Positions 37,694 to 48,296 of a stretch of DNA of 64,000 nt are shown here, in pieces (the stretch's first letter is position 1; each line of letters starts with the position of its first letter). The notes under the pieces were generated by a model. That model had not been told where the DNA came from. It saw only the letters and a list, made by a program, of their open reading frames with translations, and searched no databases. Source of the stretch: a virus; IMG/VR virus record IMGVR_UViG_3300011335_000809, positions 51,570 to 115,569 of that record; one strand, given 5' to 3'. A program made the position numbers and the translations under genes.

Positions 37694-37731
37694 TGTGGTA
37701 AACTTGGTCTAGATTTTATATTTATTAAGAT

Positions 37732-38316
37732 ATGACTAAAAACGAACTTAAACAATTGATCAAAGAAGTGCTTGCTGAACAAAATGCACTTACAACACTA
37801 CAAATTTCTACAGTTGGTGGGGGTACTACACTATTACTATATAGAGGAGATGCTAGACAAACTGAAAGATCATCTGATAAGCATTATAAGACTCCAACAA
37901 AATTTAAAGATTTGATTGCATCATTGAATACTACAGGTGGTATGACTAGTGATGAATCAATTAAAAAGATATTGAAAAAGTTGACCCCAGCACAATTAAA
38001 AGAGTTGGCGAGAGAAAAGATTGTGGTTAGTGATAAAGTATCTATAGATGAAGCTAGTATCAATGAAGTACAAGGATATGTATTTGGTCCAATGGAGACT
38101 CCAAGCAATTGGATATCAACAAATGCTAAGCCCAAGATGAAGAATGGTACCAAGAAGTGGGTTGTATCAGCTGTTGATTTTCAAAAAGCATTTCCAAATA
38201 TTCAAATGAAACAATTGCCAACTACGCCAAGTAAATATTCCAATTATTATGTGGTTGACAATGAAGGTGACTTGATTGCTTATTCACAATCAAATATTGG
38301 TAGTAGTTTAGATTAA
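37732..38316 (+). CDS. hypothetical protein with MTKNELKQLIKE N-terminus
   Basis: ORF after TATTTATTA. Confidence 0.75.
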   Translation: MTKNELKQLIKEVLAEQNALTTLQISTVGGGTTLLLYRGDARQTERSSDKHYKTPTKFKDLIASLNTTGGMTSDESIKKILKKLTPAQLKELAREKIVVSDKVSIDEASINEVQGYVFGPMETPSNWISTNAKPKMKNGTKKWVVSAVDFQKAFPNIQMKQLPTTPSKYSNYYVVDNEGDLIAYSQSNIGSSLD

Positions 38317-38376
38317 TTAGAATATATTAAATGTACCCCAACACTAAATGGTGTGGGGGTTTCTATTTATAAGATA

Positions 38377-39282
38377 ATGAGACGCATAGTAACTACAGAT
38401 AAAAACGGCAAAAAGAAATTAGTAAATGTTCCTAGTTATGACAACGCATATGTCAATAATCAACTAGGTCAACCAGCATATGATGTAGGTACATTTAGCA
38501 ATGGTGATGGATTTGTACCCAGTGAATTATTTGCTGCTGGTGAAAAGGGTGTTTGGTATGATATCAGTGATTTGTCTACATTGTTTCAAGATTCAGCTGG
38601 AACTATACCTGTTACTGGTGATGGTCAAACAGTGGGTAAAATATTGGATAAATCAGGCAACAATATTCACGCTACACAAGCTACTGCTGCAAATCGTCCT
38701 ACATATAGAGTTGATGTTAATGGTTTATCTTATTTACAATTTGATGGGGTTAATGATAGTTTAGTGAGTAGTACCTTGAATTTGAGTACCACAGATAAAG
38801 TAACGTGGTCGTCTGGATTGTATGTTGATAGTGCTGCCGCTGGAGCAGTAGTAATGGAATTTAGTGCAAATACAAATACAAATGCAGGAACTTTCTATTT
38901 GTCAGCTCCAAGTAGTGTTTTGGATCACGGTTTTGGATTAAGAGGAAGTAGTGCATCACCTGTATTTGCTGTAGTTTCAAATGTTCCTATCAATAATCAA
39001 AATTCGGATATTGCTACAGGTATATTGGATATTGGACAAGCTACAAAAGAATTGGAATTGATTCCTAGATTGAATCAAACCACTATAACAAATATTAACT
39101 GGTCAGGTGCAGCAAATGCTGGTACTGGTAATTTTGGTAGTTATCCATTGTATCTTGGTGCCCGTGCTGGCACATCATTATTCTTTAATGGACACGTATA
39201 TCAAGTAATCATTAGGGGTGTTACATCAACCACTGATGAAATATATAAGACAGAACGATATATTATAGATCGTATGCCTTAA
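38377..39282 (+). CDS. Concanavalin/LamG-like virion-associated protein
   Basis: WYD.SDLSTLFQDSAGT.PVT.DGQ.VG...DKSGN..HATQAT...RP, FDGVND. Confidence 0.7.
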   Translation: MRRIVTTDKNGKKKLVNVPSYDNAYVNNQLGQPAYDVGTFSNGDGFVPSELFAAGEKGVWYDISDLSTLFQDSAGTIPVTGDGQTVGKILDKSGNNIHATQATAANRPTYRVDVNGLSYLQFDGVNDSLVSSTLNLSTTDKVTWSSGLYVDSAAAGAVVMEFSANTNTNAGTFYLSAPSSVLDHGFGLRGSSASPVFAVVSNVPINNQNSDIATGILDIGQATKELELIPRLNQTTITNINWSGAANAGTGNFGSYPLYLGARAGTSLFFNGHVYQVIIRGVTSTTDEIYKTERYIIDRMP

Positions 39283-39285
39283 TGT

Positions 39286-40119
39286 TTACATAACGAATAT
39301 ATCGCCTACACTAGCTCCTAAAACATCTTCAATTAGATATGGTATTGTATTTGCAATACTATCTAATTTTTCTTGTGCTTCCTCTAAGTTTTGTGTAGTT
39401 GCGATAGTTTTGTTACCATAAGGACCAAATCCTACCAAAAGATTTTTAGTAAGTGGATTGAATGTAATTTTACCATCTTTTAAATATTGTACAAACAGTT
39501 CATAGTAAAATTCAAAGTATCTACGAGATAGTTTACCGTCTCTTGCACTGCGCATTGTACCGATGTGATTAAACAATCTACCTTTGGCTAAGTCGAATGT
39601 TCTTGATTTTTTGTAATCACTATTACCGTATCTTGTACTTTCTTTGCTTTTGCCGTAAATCTTTAATAGTTCGTCAAATTCATTATCTAACCATTTGGTA
39701 TAGTCTTGAAATTGAGGCGTTCTATTCATTGCGTGGCCTACTCTATGAATTATAGTCCAAGCTGTCATTGGAATTTTATCAGCAGCAGTATTACCCACGA
39801 AGAACACCGTGATGTTATTGTTATTGATTTCGATTTGATTAGGATTTAGGCCTAATCCTTCTGGATATGGTTTTACAATGAAATCGTAGGGTACTTTGCC
39901 TTTTTCACTAAATTTTCTGAGACCTGGTTTATTAACAAAGTAAAAGTCAAAGTCAACTGATGTATTTTTTAACATATCTTTGACTTTTTGAATTGTTACA
40001 GGATGATTTAAAGCTGCTCGATCTCTTGGATCTTTGTATGAAGCGCCTTTGTCAAATCCGCCTATGGCTGTGTATGTGCCTAGTGGCGCTTCGTTTAGTA
40101 TGTCTTTAAGTTTAATCAT
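39286..40119 (-). CDS. hypothetical protein with MIKLKDILNE N-terminus
   Basis: 277-aa ORF in minus-strand operon. Confidence 0.75.
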   Translation of the reverse strand: MIKLKDILNEAPLGTYTAIGGFDKGASYKDPRDRAALNHPVTIQKVKDMLKNTSVDFDFYFVNKPGLRKFSEKGKVPYDFIVKPYPEGLGLNPNQIEINNNNITVFFVGNTAADKIPMTAWTIIHRVGHAMNRTPQFQDYTKWLDNEFDELLKIYGKSKESTRYGNSDYKKSRTFDLAKGRLFNHIGTMRSARDGKLSRRYFEFYYELFVQYLKDGKITFNPLTKNLLVGFGPYGNKTIATTQNLEEAQEKLDSIANTIPYLIEDVLGASVGDIFVM

Positions 40120-41111
40120 AGTGATTTAATATAAATATCAGTTTCCCGCTTTAATTCATCTTCTGGTACATTATCTAGTTGATCGCCATACTTTTGTGTC
40201 CAGAATTGTTTGATCTTGCCTAAGATTGGACCTGGCTTAATATCAAAGTTTTGCATAATCCATTCACCACCATATTTAGATTTAACTGGGGTAAATGATT
40301 CAATTTCTTTGATCTTATCCAAATAAGATTGATATTTGTCTGGAAATAGTTTCTTTAGAAAATAATCTGGGTCATTTATAGTTTTATGTTTATTTAGATT
40401 TATCAATGATGTTCTAATATAATCCGCACTTGGTCTACCAGCTCTGACACGTTTTCTATCACTATGATTCATTGTTTGACCTTTATAGTCATTGATATCA
40501 AACATTGGACTGCTACTAATAAACTTTACAACATCATCATTGTTTTGAATATCATCATAATCATTTAGTACATTACCATAACCAAGTATCTTCAAACCAT
40601 CTTTTAGATTCTTGGTTATTAGTATATCGTGATGTCTACCACTTTTATCTACATAAATCTTTAGGAAACCTGTTGTAGCATATTTGTAACCATTTTGTCT
40701 GGCCATTACGCCTAATATACCACTAAAGTCTCCTAGTGCTAAATAAGTCTTTTGTGCGTCAAAGTCTTCATCATTATCAGTGTGTATAAAGTCTATGTGT
40801 ACATCTTTACCTAAATTAGATTTATAAAGCACACTATAGATATTACCATTACGACTATACTCTTTAGCTTTGTTACCAAGTACGTTTAATAATGTATTCT
40901 TAACATCATTTCCCCCGGTTAATACAATGTCTATATCTCCGTGATCTTGTTTGGATGGTAATGATTTGCTTAATTCAAACTTATTGAATTTGTTACCCAG
41001 ACGATTTTGTAGTTCGTCATAGATACTATTCATTTCAGATGTGGTAACTCTACTGGCTTTAGTGCCAAATAGCTTACCGCCTTCTTTTAATAGATCCATT
41101 AATTTGATCAT
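40116..41111 (-). CDS. Pol-beta superfamily nucleotidyltransferase
   Basis: K.DHGDIDIV, VHIDFI; C-terminal G..IM....KPGP.LG.I tail like CCA-adding enzymes. Confidence 0.75.
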   Translation of the reverse strand: MIKLMDLLKEGGKLFGTKASRVTTSEMNSIYDELQNRLGNKFNKFELSKSLPSKQDHGDIDIVLTGGNDVKNTLLNVLGNKAKEYSRNGNIYSVLYKSNLGKDVHIDFIHTDNDEDFDAQKTYLALGDFSGILGVMARQNGYKYATTGFLKIYVDKSGRHHDILITKNLKDGLKILGYGNVLNDYDDIQNNDDVVKFISSSPMFDINDYKGQTMNHSDRKRVRAGRPSADYIRTSLINLNKHKTINDPDYFLKKLFPDKYQSYLDKIKEIESFTPVKSKYGGEWIMQNFDIKPGPILGKIKQFWTQKYGDQLDNVPEDELKRETDIYIKSL

Positions 41112-41112
41112 A

Positions 41113-41532
41113 TTATTTAAAAAATAATCTATAGTCTGTTAATGATGTATAGTCTATTGATTTTGTGATATTATTTAATATGTAGTTATTAATAAAATAT
41201 TCACACAATCCACATCCCAATATCCATTCCCACATTTTATGTAAAATTATTTTATTATCGTTTAATTGGTACATAAAAAATGCTTCTGTATAATCACTAT
41301 TAACCAATGTTGTTATTGTATAATCTCCGGCGGTATATTCATAAATATCGAATTTTTCAAAAGTTCCTATTTTTCTAGCAACTTCTTTTACGCCTATCGT
41401 AAACAAATAAGTGCCACTAAAGCTATTTAGTTTATTGGGATCAAAATCAAGTGGCGATATTTTAAGAGGAGTTTCAAATAAAGACACTAGATCTTTATGA
41501 GAAGATTCAAATACTTCACACAAAGTAATCAT
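41113..41532 (-). CDS. hypothetical protein
   Basis: ORF in operon with overlapping start/stop. Confidence 0.65.
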   Translation of the reverse strand: MITLCEVFESSHKDLVSLFETPLKISPLDFDPNKLNSFSGTYLFTIGVKEVARKIGTFEKFDIYEYTAGDYTITTLVNSDYTEAFFMYQLNDNKIILHKMWEWILGCGLCEYFINNYILNNITKSIDYTSLTDYRLFFK

Positions 41533-42044
41533 AGGTTTATAAAGTACTTGCCATTCGGACCACTATATTTGAATCGGGTAATTGGTAGAGCTATATTTAG
41601 ATTATCTTTGATATGTGGAAAAGTACCTTTCTTTACATAAGCTAGAGTCATATGGGGATTGTATGTAGGATAACTATCATTATTAGGATAACCATCACAT
41701 CTACGTCTTAGTTCTGTGAGTGTAGGACATTTTTGTACTTCAAATTTTACCACATCGTACTTTTCATTTTCAAATAAGTTGAGTGCTTTTAATACAATAT
41801 TGAATGGTTTCATTCCTTGTAGTATTTTAGCCACGTTCATTTTACTTAAATCGGGTTCAAAACCATATTTTAGTGAAACGTGTGGTTCAGTATCATAACC
41901 GTATGTAGGATCGTTTGGATCTGTATATAGTATTTGTGGAGGTATTGCAGTTCTACCTAATCTAATAACGTGTGGTCCATAGGTAGGACTCACTTGTGCC
42001 ATTAGACATCCTTTTTCAACGTGACGATTTTCTGAAAGTATCAT
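41529..42044 (-). CDS. 2H phosphoesterase (T4 gp57B/Acb1-like)
   Basis: PHVSLKYG and PHMTLAYV twin HxS/T motifs. Confidence 0.85.
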   Translation of the reverse strand: MILSENRHVEKGCLMAQVSPTYGPHVIRLGRTAIPPQILYTDPNDPTYGYDTEPHVSLKYGFEPDLSKMNVAKILQGMKPFNIVLKALNLFENEKYDVVKFEVQKCPTLTELRRRCDGYPNNDSYPTYNPHMTLAYVKKGTFPHIKDNLNIALPITRFKYSGPNGKYFINL

Positions 42045-42125
42045 ATCTTATAAATATACCACGAACAAAGATACAGATCAAGAAAGTACTTGACTTTGTT
42101 TGGGGAAGCTGTTAATATAAATTAT

Positions 42126-42593
42126 ATGACTATTGAAAAGACTTATAAACTAACAATTAAAGACACCGCATATTTTCTTACTGAAGAAGAAGTATCAGCT
42201 TTGTATACAGAGTGTGGTAAGGCATTGAAGATTAGTGCAACCAATCCAAATTGGCCTACTTATCCTCCGGGTGTAAGAAAGCTTGATGATAACACTTCGA
42301 CAGGAAACCCGCAATGGCCTACTTATCCATACACACAGTGTGGAGATGTGCCTTTTGGTACTACTACAAGTGGTACTACTGACAATTCAGTGATGGATTG
42401 GCATAACTATCATAGTGTTACTGGTGGCATTAAATCTGCCAATGTACCATCATCTAAGGGTATTAATTTTCTTTCAGATGATATGACGACTATCAAAGAC
42501 AATAACAACTGGCGTTCATCTGTACAACAAGCACTTGATAAGCTTAGTGCTAAAACTAATGTTACTACGAGTGACGGCACTACAATTAGATAA
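42126..42593 (+). CDS. hypothetical protein
   Basis: ORF after promoter; internal NP.WPTYP repeat x2. Confidence 0.7.
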   Translation: MTIEKTYKLTIKDTAYFLTEEEVSALYTECGKALKISATNPNWPTYPPGVRKLDDNTSTGNPQWPTYPYTQCGDVPFGTTTSGTTDNSVMDWHNYHSVTGGIKSANVPSSKGINFLSDDMTTIKDNNNWRSSVQQALDKLSAKTNVTTSDGTTIR

Positions 42594-42596
42594 TAT

Positions 42597-42893
42597 ATGA
42601 GCAAACAGATTTATATTGAGAAGTTGGCAGAAGTGACGGGCGGATTACCTGCAATAAAGATGGAAGAACATATTGCGGGTGAATCTCAAGGTGATAATTA
42701 CAGCATTCCGATTGAATATAACTTAGAGGGTTATCTACTATATGAAATTGAAGTGGGTAAGAATGTGATTATTGATAGACTCAAGCGTAATGGTGTAGAG
42801 GTGCGTGGTGTGTTTACTACATCCAGAGTGACTGAGGTGGGTGATAAGTATTTTAAAACACAAAATTCTGTATATAAATATTCATTTCTGTGA
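42597..42893 (+). CDS. conserved phage hypothetical protein
   Basis: F.TS.V......FKTQNSVY. Confidence 0.7.
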   Translation: MSKQIYIEKLAEVTGGLPAIKMEEHIAGESQGDNYSIPIEYNLEGYLLYEIEVGKNVIIDRLKRNGVEVRGVFTTSRVTEVGDKYFKTQNSVYKYSFL

Positions 42894-43087
42894 GTTCTAT
42901 TAAAATTACACAATTACCAAATGGACCGTGGCGTGAATATGCGTTAGAAGCGCAACGTCGTGGACTTGAAAAGATTAGTGATTGTCGTTTAAGTGGTACT
43001 GATGTAATTTTAATTGGTGCTATTGATATGATACGAGAATTAAATGAAAAGATAACAAAGTTAGAATCTAAATCAGAATAAATTTTT

Positions 43088-43426
43088 GTGAATGTTACCG
43101 CAGCAATAAATGTTCCGTGTGTAAGTCAGACCAACTTATGGAAAGGATGCTTTGAAGATCATTTTTTAAGTGGTAAAGAAATTGATGCTAAGTATCCTAT
43201 TTTAAATACTAAGTGGAAATACTCACATCATAAATTGCGAGATGGCTATGATGGATATTATTATGCTTATGAAAAAGACATTGGCACAGGAATAATGTTT
43301 GACCCGTGGCTTAGAGAGTTTAAAGTTAATATGCCTATTGCTGACGATGTATATAAATCAAAAATGTATTATACCACTGTGGAAAGTAATCTGATATTGT
43401 TGGTAGTATATAAAAAGAAAGATTGA
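43088..43426 (+). CDS. DPW-motif family protein
   Basis: KYPILNTKW..FDPWLR..TTVES. Confidence 0.7.
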   Translation: MNVTAAINVPCVSQTNLWKGCFEDHFLSGKEIDAKYPILNTKWKYSHHKLRDGYDGYYYAYEKDIGTGIMFDPWLREFKVNMPIADDVYKSKMYYTTVESNLILLVVYKKKD

Positions 43427-43427
43427 T

Positions 43428-43715
43428 ATGAATGTTACCGCAACAAAAATTTCTGGTGAAGAAATACACAAAAAGTATCCTATAACAAATACTAAGTGGA
43501 AATATTCAAATAGAGAGTATGATTGGAATGATAATAATGGATATTACTATTCCAATTATAAAGATTGGATTACAGAAATAATCACAGATCCATGGCGTAG
43601 AAATCTTATTAATAATGACAATCCGATTAATAGAACTGAATTATACTCTATTTTTTCTACAACCGTGGAGGGTAATAAGATTATATTGATAATTTATTTA
43701 AAGACATATCGCTGA
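43428..43715 (+). CDS. DPW-motif family protein
   Basis: KYPITNTKW..TDPWRR..TTVEG. Confidence 0.7.
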   Translation: MNVTATKISGEEIHKKYPITNTKWKYSNREYDWNDNNGYYYSNYKDWITEIITDPWRRNLINNDNPINRTELYSIFSTTVEGNKIILIIYLKTYR

Positions 43716-43740
43716 CGATGTATATAAATCAAAAATTGAT

Positions 43741-44214
43741 ATGAATAATGAAAATACTGAACATAAAGTGGATGTAACATTCACAACTGGTGAAGCAACT
43801 AACGAATATTTAAAAAATAAAATAATACCTATTATCTATATGAATGAAGAAGAATTTGATATAAAGGACGATAGACGGACATATTATTACAACATTCGTG
43901 GTACGATGGAACCAGACTATGAAAGTATGGCGGCTTATCTATTGGATGTAGGTATATTGTTTGTAAGTTCAGCAATCAGTAAACACAATGGTAAAGATTG
44001 TTTGGCATTGTATGTATTAATTAATGATTATTTTGTACCCGCTTCAGATGGTGAAGAAGTAACATATGATGAATTGCCAAAGTTGTATGAATTGTATAAA
44101 GAAAGAAAACACGATGGTGTTTCTCAATTTGTAGCAGATAAACGAGGTATACCAAACATTTATTGGAAGGATGAAGGTAGTGACTTTCAGAAAAGAGTTA
44201 AAGAAAAGAGTTGA
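43741..44214 (+). CDS. hypothetical protein
   Basis: ORF. Confidence 0.7.
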   Translation: MNNENTEHKVDVTFTTGEATNEYLKNKIIPIIYMNEEEFDIKDDRRTYYYNIRGTMEPDYESMAAYLLDVGILFVSSAISKHNGKDCLALYVLINDYFVPASDGEEVTYDELPKLYELYKERKHDGVSQFVADKRGIPNIYWKDEGSDFQKRVKEKS

Positions 44215-44563
44215 CTTGTTATAAAGTGTGTGGTAGACTGATTAAGTAAAGTAAAAAACAAATGAAAAACTTTTGGGAAACACAAGAGCCTAATTTTGTC
44301 AATGAACTTGGAATCAAGTGGTATATTGATGAATTGGTTACACAGTATTGTTTGAAAGAAAACATTAGTGGTGTATTTCTTGACAATGTTCTTGCCTATG
44401 TAGTTGTATTGCCCGATGGTAATACTGATAGAGTATTGGTAGATGTGAATAAGCAAGAAGTTATTTATGCTACCAAAAATCTCGAAGAAATTGGCGTGGA
44501 GATTGACAAACTTAAACTGCTGAAATCATACGAAAAGAAAAACAACTAAATTAAATAAATTAT

Positions 44564-45154
44564 ATGCCTACTGGTTATACCGCTGATATTTACGATGGTA
44601 ATGATGTTTCATTCCGTGATTTTGCATTGAAGTGTGCAAGGGCTTTTGGTGCTTGTATTGAACAACGGGATGATGATGCTAATGATAAGCCTAAGTTGAT
44701 TGAGAAGAACGACAAAGATAATTATCACATTAAGAGGATTGAAGAAGCTAAGAAGTGGAAGAAGCCTACCAAGGCTGAATTTGATGATTATGTGAAGAAG
44801 CAGACTGCTTATTATAATGAACAGATTGATAAGCAAAATAAGTTGAAGGATTCTTATCAACAGATGTTGGATAAGGCAAATGCTTGGACTCCTCCTACTA
44901 GTGAACACGAAGGTTTGAAGCAGTTTATGATTGATCAGTTGAGTGATAGTTTAAAGAATGATTGTGGAAATGATTATTACCAGATGGAACTATCACAGAT
45001 TGAATCTTATACATATGAAGGTATGGTTTCTGATATGCGTGCTTCAAATAAGAGGGATATTGAGTATCATACTGAGCAATTGAAGAAGGACAATGAACGG
45101 GTTGATACTCGTAATGAGTGGATTAGTGCATTGTATAAGAGTTTGGAGAATTAA
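44564..45154 (+). CDS. conserved phage hypothetical protein
   Basis: MPTGYT..I..G..F..FA..CARAFGA; W.PPT.EH..LK.FM..QL. Confidence 0.8.
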   Translation: MPTGYTADIYDGNDVSFRDFALKCARAFGACIEQRDDDANDKPKLIEKNDKDNYHIKRIEEAKKWKKPTKAEFDDYVKKQTAYYNEQIDKQNKLKDSYQQMLDKANAWTPPTSEHEGLKQFMIDQLSDSLKNDCGNDYYQMELSQIESYTYEGMVSDMRASNKRDIEYHTEQLKKDNERVDTRNEWISALYKSLEN

Positions 45155-45661
45155 TATTATGAAGAGTTCATTTAGCATTACTGAGATTAAGGATGACCGA
45201 GTTATTATTTTGGATAACAATATGGGTGGTAGGAGTGTAACCAATGATGCAGAGAATGTTGTAGAATATTTGTATAGTGTATATGGTGACCGCCGTGTAT
45301 TTTATATTGATACTGAAGGCATTTTAGATGAACTAAGGCACAACAAGGGTGAATTTGTTGGCTTTGGAAGTTAAAACTGCTTGACTTTCTCTAAAAAGCT
45401 GGTAGACTATTGTTATGAAAGTTAAAAAATTGATTGAACTATTGTCACAAATGAATCCTGAATTGATGGTTGTGGTTGCTGGTTATGAAGGTGGTGTTGA
45501 TGAAATGGATAAGTTTGAAATGTGTGATATTGAATTGAATGTCAATACTGAGTGGTATTATGGCAAACACGAAGTATTGGAAAAGGGAGATAAACCACAA
45601 AACAAAGATTCAACTATTGTCAAGGGAGTTCGTTTGATTGGTGACTGGAGTTAAAAACTAT

Positions 45662-46060
45662 ATGAAGACTAATAAAGCGTTTACATTGATTGAGTTGTTG
45701 ATTGTTATTGCTATTTTGGCTATTATTGCTGGTATATTGATATCAATGGTTAGTAGTTTTCCAAAGTTGATTTTTTATACATTTGTATATTTTAGTATAC
45801 CCGCAATTATTTTGGGGGGATTACTAAAGTTGAACCAAAAATACAAGTGGCTTGTAAAGAAGTGGTATAGTAAGACTCTTTATGATTATAAATTGAAGAA
45901 TGGTGGTACTCTTGATGGAGATATTGTTAATCATAATATGATGGTATTCTTTATTATTTGGCCAATTTATTTGCCAGGTATTGTGACTTTTGTTGGTGGT
46001 AAGGAAGTGTATCATCGTTATTTGAAGAATATTTTTAGTATTCCAGAGGACAAACAATAA
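45662..46060 (+). CDS. Prepilin-type N-terminal cleavage/methylation motif membrane protein
   Basis: MKTNKAFTLIELLIVIAILAIIAGIL. Confidence 0.8.
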   Translation: MKTNKAFTLIELLIVIAILAIIAGILISMVSSFPKLIFYTFVYFSIPAIILGGLLKLNQKYKWLVKKWYSKTLYDYKLKNGGTLDGDIVNHNMMVFFIIWPIYLPGIVTFVGGKEVYHRYLKNIFSIPEDKQ

Positions 46061-46323
46061 TTTATGAAACCTGATAAAGAAGGATTGTGGGAATGGATTG
46101 ACGATGATGGAAAGACGCAAATTGTCAATGTGATTAATGTTGCTAAAGAATTAAATGATGTGTGGCTCAGAGTGTATTATCTGGGTGGATATTATAATGT
46201 CTATGACAATTGGATTGGAACTGAAGATGAAGATTTTGGTATATCTGAGTGGCCAGATAGATGGGGTAGATATGTTGGAACTCTTCATAGTATTCATCTT
46301 GAACAAACTTACGGAGGTAATTT

Positions 46324-47088
46324 ATGACATATAAAGAAAAAGATATATTGGCAATGTTTAGTGAACTTAATTCAATGTTTAATGAATTAATTCGTGATTA
46401 TAACGCTGCGTTGGATGATATTGTAAAATTAAAGTCGGAGATTGATTGGTATAAGAAATATACTGACAAGTTGGTTGAACATAAGGATATGGTATGTTTA
46501 CCAGCTGATTTGAAGAATTTACGTGAAAGTAATGCTGCACTAGCAACTGAAAATGAAGAGTTGAAGAATAGAGTTAAAACATTGAATGAAGTTGTCTGTC
46601 AGGCTTGGTTTGCTGATGTAGAAGAAAAGGATAAGCAAATTGAATATTTACTAAAGAAAGTGCGGGAACTTAGTGATCCTGAATTAAAGGATGAACCTAC
46701 AGAAGAAGAGTTGAATAGTCTTTTTATGGATACTACACAGGTTGATCCTAAAGACATTGAATTTGAAGCAGAAATGTTGGTAAAGTGTGTAGAAGAAGCT
46801 GCGTCAAACTTGAAGTATTTTAATGCTACCACTGGTAAATGGTATAACGCAGTACTGATGCAGAAAGACCCAGAAATTCTGGCTCTTAAAGACCTAGAAC
46901 CAAAGTTGAAGTCAATAAAGGAACATAATAATCTTTTTACCAAAGAAATAGCTTTTAGCACTGGAATTGCGTGTCCCAAGTGTGGTTCTGAACTAATGTA
47001 TGTGGACCAAAACTTGTTGTTGTCAAGTCCTCCTCAGCGTAGAGTTCAATGTAGCAAGTGTAATCATATTGATTATATTTTGGTTTGA
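46324..47088 (+). CDS. Coiled-coil protein with C-terminal zinc ribbon
   Basis: CPKCG..CSKC. Confidence 0.75.
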   Translation: MTYKEKDILAMFSELNSMFNELIRDYNAALDDIVKLKSEIDWYKKYTDKLVEHKDMVCLPADLKNLRESNAALATENEELKNRVKTLNEVVCQAWFADVEEKDKQIEYLLKKVRELSDPELKDEPTEEELNSLFMDTTQVDPKDIEFEAEMLVKCVEEAASNLKYFNATTGKWYNAVLMQKDPEILALKDLEPKLKSIKEHNNLFTKEIAFSTGIACPKCGSELMYVDQNLLLSSPPQRRVQCSKCNHIDYILV

Positions 47089-47119
47089 CTTTTAGTATTT
47101 GTAATTATATTTATAGTAT

Positions 47120-47407
47120 ATGACCAAAAAAGAACTTAAAGAATTTATTAAAGAAGTAATTCGTGAATCTGGTGACAATCGTCCTGTTGTCATTCGCCCT
47201 CGGCGACCTCGTTCAGAGCGTATTAAGGATGCTAAAGAAAAAATCATTAAATTGAAAGCTGAATATGACAGAATCATTAAATTGAAACATTCTGAAGATT
47301 ATTTAGATACAAACGATCCTCAAGCTAGAAACTTTCACAATAAAAGATTGAAAGAAATACCCAAAGAAATTTCTAAAATCCGTCAACGGATTTTGGATGA
47401 TGTATAA
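47120..47407 (+). CDS. hypothetical protein, MTKKELKE.IKEVI.E family
   Basis: Shares TATATTTATAGTATATGACCAAAAAAGAACTTAAAGAA with 47589. Confidence 0.75.
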   Translation: MTKKELKEFIKEVIRESGDNRPVVIRPRRPRSERIKDAKEKIIKLKAEYDRIIKLKHSEDYLDTNDPQARNFHNKRLKEIPKEISKIRQRILDDV

Positions 47408-47588
47408 GTTGTAATATACATATGATGTTGAGAGAATTAAAAGAAATCATTAAAGATTTACCAGATGACACTCTAATTGAAGTATTAAAAAGTGATGGTA
47501 ATACTGAATATGTTATGGATATGTGGGTTGATATGATTGATAATGAAAAGGTTGTTGTAATTGTTCCGAACTGATATATTTATAGTAT

Positions 47589-47978
47589 ATGACCAAAAAA
47601 GAACTTAAAGAACTTATTAAAGAAGTAATCAGTGAAGAAACACAATCTGTAGACCCGGAAGAAATTTTGGGTAAAATATTAGAATTGACAATAAGTGATA
47701 CATCTGACCCTCTTCTTATATTAATGAAAATCCGTACTCTAGCAAAAAATTATTTTGATAAAGTTGGATATAAGGTAAATGAAGCTGGTGGTTATGAAGA
47801 TGGTATTAAGGATGCTAAAGACAGAATGAAGTATGTTGCTTTGAGAAAGATGGAGAAGGATCATTTGGCAAAGAGCAAGATAACCAAAGATATCAAGAAA
47901 CAACATCATTTAGATATGGCAGACAAGTATTTGCAACAAGCACTAGATATTGCTAAAAAACATAATGTGGTTGATTGA
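47589..47978 (+). CDS. hypothetical protein, MTKKELKE.IKEVI.E family
   Basis: Same 5' sequence as 47120. Confidence 0.75.
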   Translation: MTKKELKELIKEVISEETQSVDPEEILGKILELTISDTSDPLLILMKIRTLAKNYFDKVGYKVNEAGGYEDGIKDAKDRMKYVALRKMEKDHLAKSKITKDIKKQHHLDMADKYLQQALDIAKKHNVVD

Positions 47979-48001
47979 TATTTGATTAATATACTTAATT
48001 A

Positions 48002-48036
48002 AAAGGCTAACGGATTAATTTCTGTTAGCTTTTTTT
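48002..48036 (+). terminator. Intrinsic terminator
   Basis: GGCTAACGGA..TCTGTTAGCT + T tract. Confidence 0.75.
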
Positions 48037-48296
48037 GTTTTTCCCGGTTGACTTTCAGAAATCTTTGTGGTAAAGTGTGTGTATGCAAGAAGGTGATAAG
48101 TTTATTCATACTGATAGATTTGGCAAGAAACACGAAGTAACCTACACTGGAACCCGGCGTGAAATTAAGGGATGTGAATTTGAGTTTTTTTATGAAACTG
48201 GCAAGGAAGGGTGTTGTTTCTTTACAGATAGTGAAGTAGCTAAAATGGAGAAGATTTCTGATTGACTTAGTATAATCCCCGTAGTAAAGTAAGTGT

